This document shows positions 25,076 to 38,015 of a stretch of DNA of 50,998 bases, in pieces; position 1 is the first letter of the stretch; every line of letters starts with the position of its first letter. The stretch lies in NCBI RefSeq assembly GCF_001194135.2, contig NC_068987.1, positions 74,475,550 to 74,526,547 on the forward strand, given 5' to 3'. Under the pieces are notes generated by a model. The model saw nothing but the letters and a program-made list of their open reading frames with translations. It ran no database searches and was not told where the DNA came from. The stretch is from Octopus bimaculoides (taxonomy: Eukaryota). The position numbers were made by a program, and so were the translations under genes.

Positions 25076-26082
25076 CAGTCATCCCTCCCTCCCTCCCTCC
25101 ATATNNNNNNNNNNNNNNNNNNNNNNNNNNNNNNNNNNNNNNNNNNNNNNNNNNNNNNNNNNNNNNNNNNNNNNNNNNNNNNNNNNNNNNNNNNNNNNNN
25201 NNNNNNNNNNNNNNNNNNNNNNNNNNNNNNNNNNNNNNNNNNNNNNNNNNNNNNNNNNNNNNNNNNNNNNNNNNNNNNNNNNNNNNNNNNNNNNNNNNNN
25301 NNNNNNNNNNNNNNNNNNNNNNNNNNNNNNNNNNNNNNNNNNNNNNNNNNNNNNNNNNNNNNNNNNNNNNNNNNNNNNNNNNNNNNNNNNNNNNNNNNNN
25401 NNNNNNNNNNNNNNNNNNNNNNNNNNNNNNNNNNNNNNNNNNNNNNNNNNNNNNNNNNNNNNNNNNNNNNNNNNNNNNNNNNNNNNNNNNNNNNNNNNNN
25501 NNNNNNNNNNNNNNNNNNNNNNNNNNNNNNNNNNNNNNNNNNNNNNNNNNNNNNNNNNNNNNNNNNNNNNNNNNNNNNNNNNNNNNNNNNNNNNNNNNNN
25601 NNNNNNNNNNNNNNNNNNNNNNNNNNNNNNNNNNNNNNNNNNNNNNNNNNNNNNNNNNNNNNNNNNNNNNNNNNNNNNNNNNNNNNNNNNNNNNNNNNNN
25701 NNNNNNNNNNNNNNNNNNNNNNNNNNNNNNNNNNNNNNNNNNNNNNNNNNNNNNNNNNNNNNNNNNNNNNNNNNNNNNNNNNNNNNNNNNNNNNNNNNNN
25801 NNNNNNNNNNNNNNNNNNNNNNNNNNNNNNNNNNNNNNNNNNNNNNNNNNNNNNNNNNNNNNNNNNNNNNNNNNNNNNNNNNNNNNNNNNNNNNNNNNNN
25901 NNNNNNNNNNNNNNNNNNNNNNNNNNNNNNNNNNNNNNNNNNNNNNNNNNNNNNNNNNNNNNNNNNNNNNNNNNNNNNNNNNNNNNNNNNNNNNNNNNNN
26001 NNNNNNNNNNNNNNNNNNNNNNNNNNNNNNNNNNNNNNNNNNNNNNNNNNNNNNNNNNNNNNNNNNNNNNNNNNNNNNNNNN

Positions 26083-26129
<47 letters not shown>

Positions 26130-28027
26130 TGTTCCTCAAAGGCGCATTATTCGAACGCATACTGGCCAAAAGTCATGTTGGTCGAAAGCCAAATTGATAG
26201 ATAACATATAAGGAAAGCTAAGTATTATCAAAGATTATACAGAATAAAAAGATAATCTAAAATGTCTATTCTTGCATATTCCGACAAAACAGTTCGAATT
26301 CCTTTTAAGGAAATAAGGCTTTATCTTTGACATAACAGAAGCACTACTTCGTAGAATAAATAACCCGACTTCAACAATAAACTGTTCTTAATGTATAGTA
26401 TAAAACGCAAAATAAACATTTCAATGTAATCTAACGATAGAACATAAATGTCTATGCCAACCTTCAATATAATTATTTGTACAGTCCTCGTCTTGGACAG
26501 TTATATTGTACACTGTCTGAGCAAGAGGATTGACTAACGACCTGCCAAATTATTTTGGTTGCCATTTTCAAGAACATAAACCTTCTTAAAATATCAGTAA
26601 ATTTCTGCATTTTTTTAAATGTTATTTTTTGGCAAGTTCTTTCAGAAACATTAAAATTTCGACCAATATTTCACATTTTCTTCGACTAATATTTTCATGA
26701 ATTTGTTTTCCACGTATGACCATAAATCCATCATAAACGTATATTTTGCACGTATGTATGTATGTATGTATGTATGTATGTATGTACGTATGTATGTATG
26801 AATATGCATCTATGTATATATGTATGTATCTATGTATACATGTATGTATACACATGTGTATGATTGCATTCATACATACAAACATACATATATATATATA
26901 TTTGTATATATATATATGNNNNNNNNNNNNNNNNNNNNNNNNNNNNNNNNNNNNNNNNNNNNNNNNNNNNNNNNNNNNNNNNNNNNNNNNNNNNNNNNNN
27001 NNNNNNNNNNNNNNNNNNNNNNNNNNNNNNNNNNNNNNNNNNNNNNNNNNNNNNNNNNNNNNNNNNNNNNNNNNNNNNNNNNNNNNNNNNNNNNNNNNNN
27101 NNNNNNNNNNNNNNNNNNNNNNNNNNNNNNNNNNNNNNNNNNNNNNNNNNNNNNNNNNNNNNNNNNNNNNNNNNNNNNNNNNNNNNNNNNNNNNNNNNNN
27201 NNNNNNNNNNNNNNNNNNNNNNNNNNNNNNNNNNNNNNNNNNNNNNNNNNNNNNNNNNNNNNNNNNNNNNNNNNNNNNNNNNNNNNNNNNNNNNNNNNNN
27301 NNNNNNNNNNNNNNNNNNNNNNNNNNNNNNNNNNNNNNNNNNNNNNNNNNNNNNNNNNNNNNNNNNNNNNNNNNNNNNNNNNNNNNNNNNNNNNNNNNNN
27401 NNNNNNNNNNNNNNNNNNNNNNNNNNNNNNNNNNNNNNNNNNNNNNNNNNNNNNNNNNNNNNNNNNNNNNNNNNNNNNNNNNNNNNNNNNNNNNNNNNNN
27501 NNNNNNNNNNNNNNNNNNNNNNNNNNNNNNNNNNNNNNNNNNNNNNNNNNNNNNNNNNNNNNNNNNNNNNNNNNNNNNNNNNNNNNNNNNNNNNNNNNNN
27601 NNNNNNNACACACACACACACACACACATATGTATGTATCTTCTTTTTTTTTAATTATTATATACCTTACACTGAGGAGGGAGCCGGTTTCCAACAAAGA
27701 TACAAAGCTCCGTCTTTGGAATGTAGTTAGCACAGACAAATTCATATTTGGAACTTGAGAAAAGTCTTGCATATGTTTATTGTTCCACTCACAGATTGCA
27801 CTTGTAATGTATGAATTAGCCTGTCGATTTCTCTTTCTGAAAATCCCACTTTATCCTTTAAGCATTTACTAACAAAACTTAGTGCTCCAATTATTACTGG
27901 TATGAATATGAATTCATAGTCTGGATATAGAAGCTGGAGGTTTCGAAACAGTTGTCCATAGATATCCTGTATGTATGTATGTATGTATGTATGTATGTAT
28001 GTATGTATTTAAGCAGTGTGCTGACTC

Positions 28028-28165
28028 AGTCGTTAGCTCGTTAGACAAAATGCTTTGCAGCATTTCTTCCGACACTTTATGTTCTGAGTTTAAATTCTGC
28101 CGAAGTTGATTTTGCCTTTCATCCAAAGGTGGTGCCCCAGCATAATCGCATCCTGTGGCTGAAAA
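28028..28165 (+). mobile_element. SINE family A fragment fused to a family B tail
   Basis: gttctgagtttaaattctgccgaagttgattttgcctttcatcc, then aaggtggtgccccagcat. Confidence 0.6.
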
Positions 28166-29229
28166 CAGTAAACGTAAGGAAATATGCATTACTGGTACGC
28201 CAGCAGTTTTTATTTTCATACTAAAGATTACTGCGGAGTATACCCAAATATTATAGAAATGCAGTGACGGTCAAAGGTTATTATCCCATGGAAAAAAAAA
28301 CATAAAAAATACAGTTGTCATCTACTGAAACCCAATTGCAAGGCATTGATCAACCAACTGAACTTATGATAAGAGACACTCGCTCATAGTACCATGCTGT
28401 GGGATCAAAACCAGGAACAATAGCTGCAAGCAAATTTCAAAAGTATTTTGATGGAATACGTTAAGATTCGCTTTAATGACCTGAAGTGAAGTAGGTGAGT
28501 GTTGGATAGCAATCTGGAATAAAATCCAATGAAAGCGAGTAACGATTTTTATTTCCTTAACATTTTAGTATAGTAAAGGCATATGGAATACAATGTTCTG
28601 CCTAGAAACAGAACGACATACACTTGCATTGGATTTGAACGCTCTAACTATTGGAAGGTATTGTACTATCTTATTCACTCAAGCATTTCACTCCTACTTG
28701 GAAAGCAATTGTAGAAAACAGACATTTGTGTTGTGACAGGAAGTAATGTAAAAAATATTAGGAAACTATAGGACGGATGTTGTCCAGATTGCTGTCAAAT
28801 AAATCTTTTCTGTGGATGGGAAATATTGAACACGTAGGGAGACATTATGGAAACACAATGAAAAGCCCTTTGTCATAGTTTCGTAAAAAATATATTTTAA
28901 ATATAACGTACAAAAATTAAATAAGGGATCTTTTTAGTCGCATTTTCGTAAAAGTATACATACAATACAACGTATAATAAAAGATTCTTTGTAATATTCT
29001 CGTAAAAATTAAGGAAAATATTGCTGCAGACTCCTGCTTTGTTTATTTTAATTAATGTTGCTCATGATAGAAGTATTACGTTGCAATTTTTTCTCCGTAT
29101 ACAAACTTACGCAGAAACGCAGAATATATGATCAGATAAGCAAACAACGCACACAAACGCACACACACAAACTTGCATACATTGACCGATAGAAACTCGC
29201 AGACGTCTGCAACATTCAGCTGTACGCAT

Positions 29230-29279
<50 letters not shown>

Positions 29280-30319
29280 AATCTGTTTATCTCTGTCTGT
29301 CTGTATGTATGTATATATGTATGTATAACTGTGCATGTGTGCGCGTGTGCATATATATATATATNNNNNNNNNNNNNNNNNNNNNNNNNNNNNNNNNNNN
29401 NNNNNNNNNNNNNNNNNNNNNNNNNNNNNNNNNNNNNNNNNNNNNNNNNNNNNNNNNNNNNNTATAGGTGCGTGTGTGTGTCTGTATTTATATGTGCGTG
29501 TATGTATATTTGTATATTTTTTCGTTCTTCTACAAAATTTCAAAAAGGGGTGGATTGGATTCTGTAGAAGAGCAAAATTAACATGTTTTTCTGAGAGTAA
29601 ATAAAAAAAAATCCATTTTGCTTTAATGCATTAAATAATTTGCTTTCTATTGTGATTTCTTCGTTCCATGATTCTATGAACTGGGACATACTAAAACAAA
29701 TACAAACATATATACGTACATATGTATGGTATGAATGTATATACACATAGGCACACACATACACACACACTCACATATATGTACGTATGTATGAATGTAT
29801 ACACACACAAACACAAACATTCACAAGAAAATTCGATGACAAAGGAATAACCAATTACCTTATGAACTTCAATGGCTTACAGCCGTTTCTGCCATAACAA
29901 GCAGTGGACTCATAGTTGAGTGCTTGAGTAACATCTTCAAGCGAAACTCAGAGTAGTAAGAGGCTGGTTCAACTAAAATAACGAGCATATATATATATAT
30001 ATATATATGAGTCGACCAATATAGAAATATTATGAATACTATTGCGTGTGTGTGAGTGTGTGTGTGTGAGAGTGTGTGTAGGAGGGCGCGTCTCTGTTTG
30101 CGCGCCCGCGCGTGTGAGTGTACGTGTAATGATTCTGCTTTGCCATGCCAGGGATATTTATCGGTTACTAGAATTCAGTATACTTAGAATATCGGGTATT
30201 CATAAACCCTGGCTGCGAGGTAGAGTAAACTTATAGATATCCCCTCACCCGGACCCGCATATAAACAGGAACATATGTACAATGCAAAATGTTATGTCTG
30301 TAGTTTACGCGTCTATGTT

Positions 30320-30394
30320 TTTATGTTCTTTTTTTCTTTCCTTCTTTCTTTCCTTCTTTCTTTCCTTCTTTCTTTCCTTCTTTCTTTCTTTCCT

Positions 30395-30426
<32 letters not shown>

Positions 30427-30449
30427 TCCTTCTTTCTTTCTTTTTTTTT

Positions 30450-30480
<31 letters not shown>

Positions 30481-30482
30481 CT
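30320..30482. repeat. (TTTC)n microsatellite
   Basis: Directly visible. Confidence 0.95.
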
Positions 30483-31991
30483 CTGTATATGACACACACA
30501 CACACACACACACATACACTCATACATGTATGTAAACATAAATACGTACGTACATATGTGTTTGCGTGTATATGTGTGTACGCATGAGTATGTGTGCGCG
30601 CACGTGTTCGTGCGTATGTGTGTTTGCATGTTCATGCATGACTGCTGTCCAATTGCTTGGATCATCGTCTATGGTGGCCATTAGCCAACCGTAGAGAAAT
30701 CGTTACGTTGCAATATGATGTTACTCAGTGCTGACTGCTAAACTATGCAGGAGTCATCAGGTCGTTGACGTTTGTGACGTCAATATAATCATTTGAGCGT
30801 TCCAAAAATAAAGTAGAATCTAATATTAACTGAATAAAAGTAGAACAAAACAATTTTCCTGCTTTCTTTGGCCTTTTAACATAATTTCCACACTCTGCGA
30901 GTGTTACAATTAACAGAGAAATTCTAGATATGAAAAATAAAACCTTGTCAGAGAAATAAATCTGACAAAAGTGTATCAGTAGGGATTATGTTTCATTGTC
31001 CGAAGATTTTATCTAAGAGCGAACAAGGAGAAAATTAGCGTACCTCTTCTTCGCGAAGATAGGGAACGTTTTGGAAGTCGTCTGAAGACGAGTTAAAGGA
31101 GACACAGCTCAAATGTGGGGCTGCTCCCGTTCATCGAGCAAGGAAAGGCATGCAAGTCAGACGGCACACTTGTTACCCTTATGGTAGTAAAAGCCATTTG
31201 AGGATTTTCTTTCTCGAGAAATTAGAGAGAAGAAGAGAGAGGACAACAGGAGAATCAGGAGATGCCGGAGGCTAATATCACAACATTACTCTCACTTTCC
31301 CCATGGCTTTAGGCCCGAGGATGGTCGAACAGTCTCATCATACCCAGTCGCCGAACCCATAATCGAGAAATGCCACTAGAAAACTGGGGTCCTTTTTCCA
31401 AGTTATACCATTCCATTGTCTTGAGACGAAGAGGAGAAAAACCAGCAAAGAATAGAACTGGTAAACCACCTGGGGTAAAAGTGCAGAATAGTAAAAGAAA
31501 AAAAAACAAAAATTGCCCCCTAAAGAAAAATAGACCAATTGAGAAAGTAATGAAAGCATTCTAGGCGAAGTTCCATCTCGCTTCTATGATTTTCACAATT
31601 CTTCGTGTCGTAAACAACGAACGAATGTGTGCTCTATATGAGCTACTCGAAGATATAAGACCAGATCCAATGGAGATTTAGGAGGAGAGCTCACCACTAT
31701 GTGGATCACACTAGAGACAAGACACTTGTAAGAATTACTTTTAATAATTACCAGGGTACTTGCTCTAAATTATCCCAAAGACGTGGGACTTTTCTAACCG
31801 CTTCGATATCCGAAATTTTAAGGGTACTTTTAGGCATGAGATTTTTTTTAGTAGCTACAAGAAACGGAAGGCGAGAATGAAAACGATTAAAGTTGATGGT
31901 GGTGGTGGTGGTTGTGGTGGTGGTGTCCTGATTTGACTCAAGAAGTTGTGTGTTTTCTTTTAATTATAATTTTTAATTATATCCGTTTATG

Positions 31992-32225
31992 TACGAGGGG
32001 GTGCTGAAAAGTTCCTGGCTTTAAGGGTGTCGCGAAAGGCCTGGTTAGGGGCCCTACATTCCGAGTTTTTTTTTTTTTTTACCAAACTTAGAGAACCTAA
32101 AGGACCGCTGCAATAAGTGTGAGAATCTGCGAGGGGAAATATGTTGAATAAAAATCATAATTAACTGATCCTCCAGTATTTTCTTTTACCCAAAGCTACG
32201 AACACTTCAGCCCCACCACCTCATA
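31992..32225 (+). mobile_element. mariner-derived MITE
   Basis: TA-cgagggggtgctgaaaagttcctggcttt with a degenerate right TIR aaagctacgaacacttcagcccc...ctca-TA. Remnant CNKCENLRG resembles the mariner C-terminus. Confidence 0.75.
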
Positions 32226-32756
32226 TATATGTGGAGTGAATATATATATATATATTCACTCCACATATATTATGTTAAACTGTCGTATGTCCAAATTTAG
32301 CCAAATGCATTTGTTTCAATATATAATTTTGGTCAAACTATCGTATTTCCAGCTGCTTCAGATGAAAATTGGCAAAGTGTAGTACAACAGTTTAACCGCC
32401 GTTTTCAAAAATGTAGTAAGCCCCACATACGACAGTTGTGCAAAAATATTTCTGACTGAAAATATAATACATGCATGGAGTTTCGATTTTATGCACCCAA
32501 CAAAGTATTATTAGTAAGCTGAAGCTAATGTGAAAAGAAATGGAATGGTGAGACTATTTTTTCGTTTTCTAAAAAAGCAACGTTTTGGATTTACGACACT
32601 TTTGCATAATAGCAACGATATATAATCTTTGAAAAAAAATCTCCCCAGAAGGTAAAAGATGGATATGTTTAGAAACGATTATCTCCCCCTGAGCAGCAAA
32701 TCTCTTTCACTCTCTGTCTCTACCACAATATTTACAGTTTTCTGTAAGACCAGCAC

Positions 32757-32813
<57 letters not shown>

Positions 32814-32847
32814 GTGTGTGCGTGCGTGTGTGTGTGTGTGTGTGTGT

Positions 32848-32972
32848 GGAGACGCGTGGCCTAGTGGTTAGGGTGTCAGTACCATGATCGTAAAATTGTG
32901 GTTTCGATTCCTGGACCGGGCGACGCGTTGTGTTCTTGAGCAAAACACTTCATTTCACGTTGCTCCAGTCCA
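32848..32972 (+). mobile_element. tRNA-derived SINE family C (runs into a gap)
   Basis: A box tggcctagtgg and B box ggtttcgattcc; the body tgtgttcttgagcaaaacact...ttcacgttgctccagt is shared with 33863. Confidence 0.8.
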
Positions 32973-33862
32973 NNNNNNNNNNNNNNNNNNNNNNNNNNNN
33001 NNNNNNNNNNNNNNNNNNNNNNNNNNNNNNNNNNNNNNNNNNNNNNNNNNNNNNNNNNNNNNNNNNNNNNNNNNNNNNNNNNNNNNNNNNNNNNNNNNNN
33101 NNNNNNNNNNNNNNNNNNNNNNNNNNNNNNNNNNNNNNNNNNNNNNNNNNNNNNNNNNNNNNNNNNNNNNNNNNNNNNNNNNNNNNNNNNNNNNNNNNNN
33201 NNNNNNNNNNNNNNNNNNNNNNNNNNNNNNNNNNNNNNNNNNNNNNNNNNNNNNNNNNNNNNNNNNNNNNNNNNNNNNNNNNNNNNNNNNNNNNNNNNNN
33301 NNNNNNNNNNNNNNNNNNNNNNNNNNNNNNNNNNNNNNNNNNNNNNNNNNNNNNNNNNNNNNNNNNNNNNNNNNNNNNNNNNNNNNNNNNNNNNNNNNNN
33401 NNNNNNNNNNNNNNNNNNNNNNNNNNNNNNNNNNNNNNNNNNNNNNNNNNNNNNNNNNNNNNNNNNNNNNNNNNNNNNNNNNNNNNNNNNNNNNNNNNNN
33501 NNNNNNNNNNNNNNNNNNNNNNNNNNNNNNNNNNNNNNNNNNNNNNNNNNNNNNNNNNNNNNNNNNNNNNNNNNNNNNNNNNNNNNNNNNNNNNNNNNNN
33601 NNNNNNNNNNNNNNNNNNNNNNNNNNNNNNNNNNNNNNNNNNNNNNNNNNNNNNNNNNNNNNNNNNNNNNNNNNNNNNNNNNNNNNNNNNNNNNNNNNNN
33701 NNNNNNNNNNNNNNNNNNNNNNNNNNNNNNNNNNNNNNNNNNNNNNNNNNNNNNNNNNNNNNNNNNNNNNNNNNNTTTTCAGAAAAAGAAAACTCTCAAT
33801 ACACCTTAATATATAGCACGTCTCTACTAATCTCTTCATTTTTATATAGCTTTATTAGCTTT

Positions 33863-34170
33863 GGAAGGCATATGACTCAGGGGTTAGAGCGTCGGGCTCA
33901 CAATCACGATGAAGTGAGTTCGATTCCCTGACCAGGCTGTGTGCTGTGTTCTTGAACAAGACACTTTATTTCACGTTGCTCCAGTTCACTCAGCTGGCAA
34001 AAATGAGTTGCTACGTCACAGGTGCCAAGCTGTATCGGCCTTTGCCTTTCTCTTGGATAACATCGGTGGCGTGGAGAGGAGAGGCTGGTATGCATGGACG
34101 ACTGCTGGTCTTCCATAAACAACCTTGGCCAGATTTGTGCCTCGGAGGGGAACTTTCTCGTTGCAATCCC
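33863..34170 (+). mobile_element. tRNA-derived SINE family C
   Basis: tgactcagggg and gagttcgattcc boxes; body shared with 32848. Confidence 0.8.
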
Positions 34171-34353
34171 TTATTTTTTGGTTAGCGTTTACTCCCGTGC
34201 ATTTTGTATCCCCTTTGTATGCCTCTTTATTGTCTCAATGAATGGACATTGGCAGCAATAATAAAAATATCATCGTCGTCGTGGTTATTGTTGTTGTTCT
34301 TCTTCTTCTTTCTCGTTTCATCATCATTATTATCATTATCATTATTTTGTTGT

Positions 34354-34732
34354 GGAGGCGCAATGGTCCAGTGGTTAGGGCGGTCATAGGATCGCGCTTT
34401 CGATTCCCAGACCGGGTGTTGTGAGTGTTTATTGAGCGAAAACACCTAAAAGCTTCACGAGGCTCCGGCAGGGGATGGTGGTGAACCCTGCCGTACTCTT
34501 TCACCACAACTTTCTCTCACTCTTACTTCCTGTTTCTGTTGTACCTGTAATTTAAAGGGTCAGCCTTGTCACACTGTGTCACGCTGAATATCCCCGAGAA
34601 CTACGTTAAGGGTACACGTGTCTGTGGAGTGCTCAGCCACCTGCACGTTAATTTCACGAGCAGGTTGTTCCGTTGATCGGATCAACTGGAACCCTCGACG
34701 TTGTAAGCGACGGAGTGCCAACAACAACAACA
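34354..34732 (+). mobile_element. tRNA-derived SINE family D with a (CAA)n tail
   Basis: A box tggtccagtgg, B-box-like tttcgattccc, about 380 bp, ends gacggagtgc(caa)n. Confidence 0.75.
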
Positions 34733-36009
34733 TTATTTTGTNNNNNNNNNNNNNNNNNNNNNNNNNNNNNNNNNNNNNNNNNNNNNNNNNNNNNNNNNNN
34801 NNNNNNNNNNNNNNNNNNNNNNNNNNNNNNNNNNNNNNNNNNNNNNNNNNNNNNNNNNNNNNNNNNNNNNNNNNNNNNNNNNNNNNNNNNNNNNNNNNNN
34901 NNNNNNNNNCAAAAAAAGCGTGCAATATTTAAGAACATTGCAAGACGTCCGCTTATGAAAGAACAGGAAGAAGTGCTTAATACACTGATGATATTTGTAA
35001 CGTAAACAAAAACGCCCGAAATTGTTATTTTTTAATCATATGCAGAGACGGATCTCCAAATATAAACACCCTTGAACAAAGCAGAATAGTATCGGAAACA
35101 TTAACTTAAAGAAAAAGAAAAAGGAGCTGAAACAGTACAAGTCGCAACAACAACTATCCATCATTTAGAAACGTTGTGAGTCAAAAGAAATTGCTCGACC
35201 TTTGCAAAGAAAAAGCGAAGGACTGGTCGAGGTATGTGAAAAAAATGCAACTTAACCCGTCGAATTTATCCAAGAAAGAACGAGAAGGAAGTTAACACAC
35301 CTTGTTTTTTTCTTTTTTTTTGTTATCTTTTTTTCTTTTTCAAAAGAAAAATTCAGAGGGGCTTCGAAACGCCTTCGAAAAGGAAGCTAAAGGAAACCCT
35401 AGCTGATACGTGGCAGGATATGTACTCCACTGACCGATTACGGGCATATGGCAACGTGTAACTTAAGACCAAGAAACATAAATGCGGGAACAAGACTTGC
35501 TTTGGGGTGCAAATCGAGGTCCAAACCAAGATGTTCAAAGAGTTTTCATTACTACCAAAACAATTTTGAGGGTGCGCATGCATACCCTGTCCCCGAAACA
35601 TTAGACGAGGGGACAGAGCTAGTGAGTAACTTGTCTTTCCACAATTTAGTGCCAATGCTCAGGGGTCTCACTTGGATCGTCATCAACTTTACTTAGCAGT
35701 ACGAACATGTGTTGATCGCCGTCACCAACATCATCACATGGCTGGGAAGGGTATAAAAGGACGTCTAGGTTCTGATAACCTCCGATGAACACAAGGCTAT
35801 ACTGAAGTCGTTTTCTAAATAGGATGTCAGTTAGACTTGTGCAGTTGGGAAGAAGTCTCAGCTGCTACATGTGTAAAAGATATTTGAGAGACTTCTACTC
35901 CGAAATGAAAGAAACGAAAAGGGAGAAGGTGGCAGACAACAGCAAGAGCAACAGCAACAACAGGATCCAGCCCGAGTAATGCCACTACTGCCGTCATTGT
36001 AATATCAGG

Positions 36010-36330
36010 CGAGTCGCCAATGAGGTTGTCAAAGGAGTTGTTAATGAAGATCATCAGTAGGGATGTTGACTATGTCATCAATGGAATTATCAATAGAGTT
36101 GACAATAGAGCTGTAACTGAGGTCATTGATAATTTGTTAATGAGGTTCAGGAAGTTGTCAATGAGGACATCAATGAAGTTATCTATGAAGTCACCAATGG
36201 AGTTGTCGATAAGGTCAACAGTAGAATTGTCGAGAGAACTGGCAATAATTTTATCAGTGGAATCGTCAATGGGCTCGTCATTTATATCGTGAATAGAATC
36301 ATCAGAGTGGTCATGAATGGAGTCGGGAAT
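36010..36330. repeat. Degenerate 12-bp minisatellite, consensus about GTTGTCAATGAG
   Basis: Recurrent units gttgtcaaagga, gttgttaatgaa, gtcatcaatgga, gttgtcaatgag, gtcaccaatgga. Confidence 0.7.
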
Positions 36331-37291
36331 TTGTTGTCATTGGGCTTTCAAGGGGGTCTTTGTTCTTGTTACACATCATTAATGGCTACATCAACTTAAA
36401 GTCGACTCGCTCCACCTTTCTTAAGAAACTGAGGAAAGCCTGAAAAGGCTAGAGCCACTGTCTCTTCACTGTTGATCAAATAATAGCGATTTCTAACCGT
36501 GGTACAAATCTACAAATTTTCCAATGAGGAATATTTAAGACCAATAATATAATGAATTGCAATATTTTTAGCTACCTCCCTCCACCTTCTAGGTTCAAAT
36601 CTCAGCGAAGTCGACTTTGCTTTTCATCATCGTGGTCTCTCTAATACAGTATTAGGCAAATATTGCGTTTTGATTACGTTGATTAAATCTCTTTCCCAAG
36701 CTGGAGGCTTAGTAAAAATGTTAAACATTTTCATTAAGAGTCTAACATCACCGAAAACTGGATGTTTGGATTTGCTTGAGCCACATTATGTTCTCTTTAT
36801 GCTTTCCTTTAAATATAGTTTGGATTCGTATGTTGTGTTGTTTTGTTTTGAATTTATAATGAAATACAAAAGCTCAAGAAGCGAGATGCTATTTACCTAC
36901 CTACCTACCTACTCAATCAGTCTAATGATGCGGTCACTCGACAACAATCTTGATTCCAAAGGGCCAACAAGAAAGCCTCCAAGTGATTGTTCGAGCTGCT
37001 AGATACGGTATCAGAACATCCCTCAAATCATACATATCTTAATGGCTTCAAAAAAAGAAGGAAACATTAAATAATGCAGTAGAAAAGCAAAAAAAGATGG
37101 TGTGTTACGGTTAGAAAGGTTTTAGTCCAATCTCTATTTGGACAGGACTGATATGAGCTAAACAACAAAAGCAATTCACAAAAAGATGAATCAGTAATGG
37201 AACCTTTACGTAAGTCGCTTGGACTGCTAGAAATAGCAGATACGCTACCGTCTTTAAAAAAAGGGAAGGACATATTAGATGATGATGGTGA

Positions 37292-37327
<36 letters not shown>

Positions 37328-37525
37328 ATACGGTTAAAAACAATGGAACATCACGACTGGAACTATCTTTGATCATAAGAGATCATGTAGCAGTTACGCT
37401 ACAATAATTAGCATAACTCTAACGAGCTAAGAAAGGACTCTCTATATGGTGACTCGAAATGCTAAATCTCTGCTAAATAGTGGCTAAATCTCCCTAATAC
37501 ACTCTAACAAACTGTTGATCGAGAT

Positions 37526-37789
37526 CAGTGGTTCTTAATAGGGGTCCATATGGCCTTTGAGGGACCATATAAGATTTTGCTGTTAAAATCTATGCGAAAT
37601 GAATTGTTTCTACTTTTATAATACACAAAATATTAAAAAAATTTTAATACAATTTCTAATAATATTTAATCATAAAAATACAGTAGGATTTTGTTTTTAT
37701 TATCTATACATCGAATGGATATGGAAGTCCAGTAGAATAAAATCGGAATCAAAGGGGATCCATTGGCAAAACATGGTTGAGAACCACTG
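37526..37789. mobile_element. hAT (Charlie-like) MITE, 264 bp
   Basis: TIRs cagtggttcttaa / ttgagaaccactg; flanks atcgagat / ctccagat resemble a decayed NTCTAGAN target duplication. Confidence 0.8.
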
Positions 37790-37885
37790 CTCCAGATAAT
37801 CAAAATGACGGAGTGTATCAAAACAAGAAAGCCCTTCACTATAGATGAACTAGTTCAGGCCAACCTAAAAATGAAGACACGACTC

Positions 37886-38015
37886 TGTGGATAAGACGTT
37901 CACTTAGCAACCATCCGGTTTTGAGTTCGATTCCACTGCACGGCACTTTGTCTTCTGTCATAGCTTCGAGTCGACCAAAGCTGTGTAAATGAAATTTAGT
38001 AAGCTGAAACTGTGT
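37886..38015 (+). mobile_element. SINE family B, 5' part
   Basis: gtggataagacgttcac...gagttcgattccactgcacggcac. Confidence 0.65.

Noticed and set aside
29905-29960. GCTTGA..TCAAGC-GAAA-CTCAGAG-TA hairpin set
   Set aside because: Stems II and III look hammerhead-like, but the CUGANGA core and stem I are lost.
31100-31800. Coding-looking, GC-richer stretch with short ORFs
   Set aside because: Stops occur in all frames and no motif is recognisable; probably an old TE that I cannot classify.
32848-34420. tRNA genes
   Set aside because: A and B boxes are present, but there is no complete cloverleaf and the bodies continue into shared SINE sequence.
35040-35830. Unclassified GC-richer segment including cagaggggcttcgaaacgcc
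   Set aside because: No convincing protein motif or complete ribozyme core.
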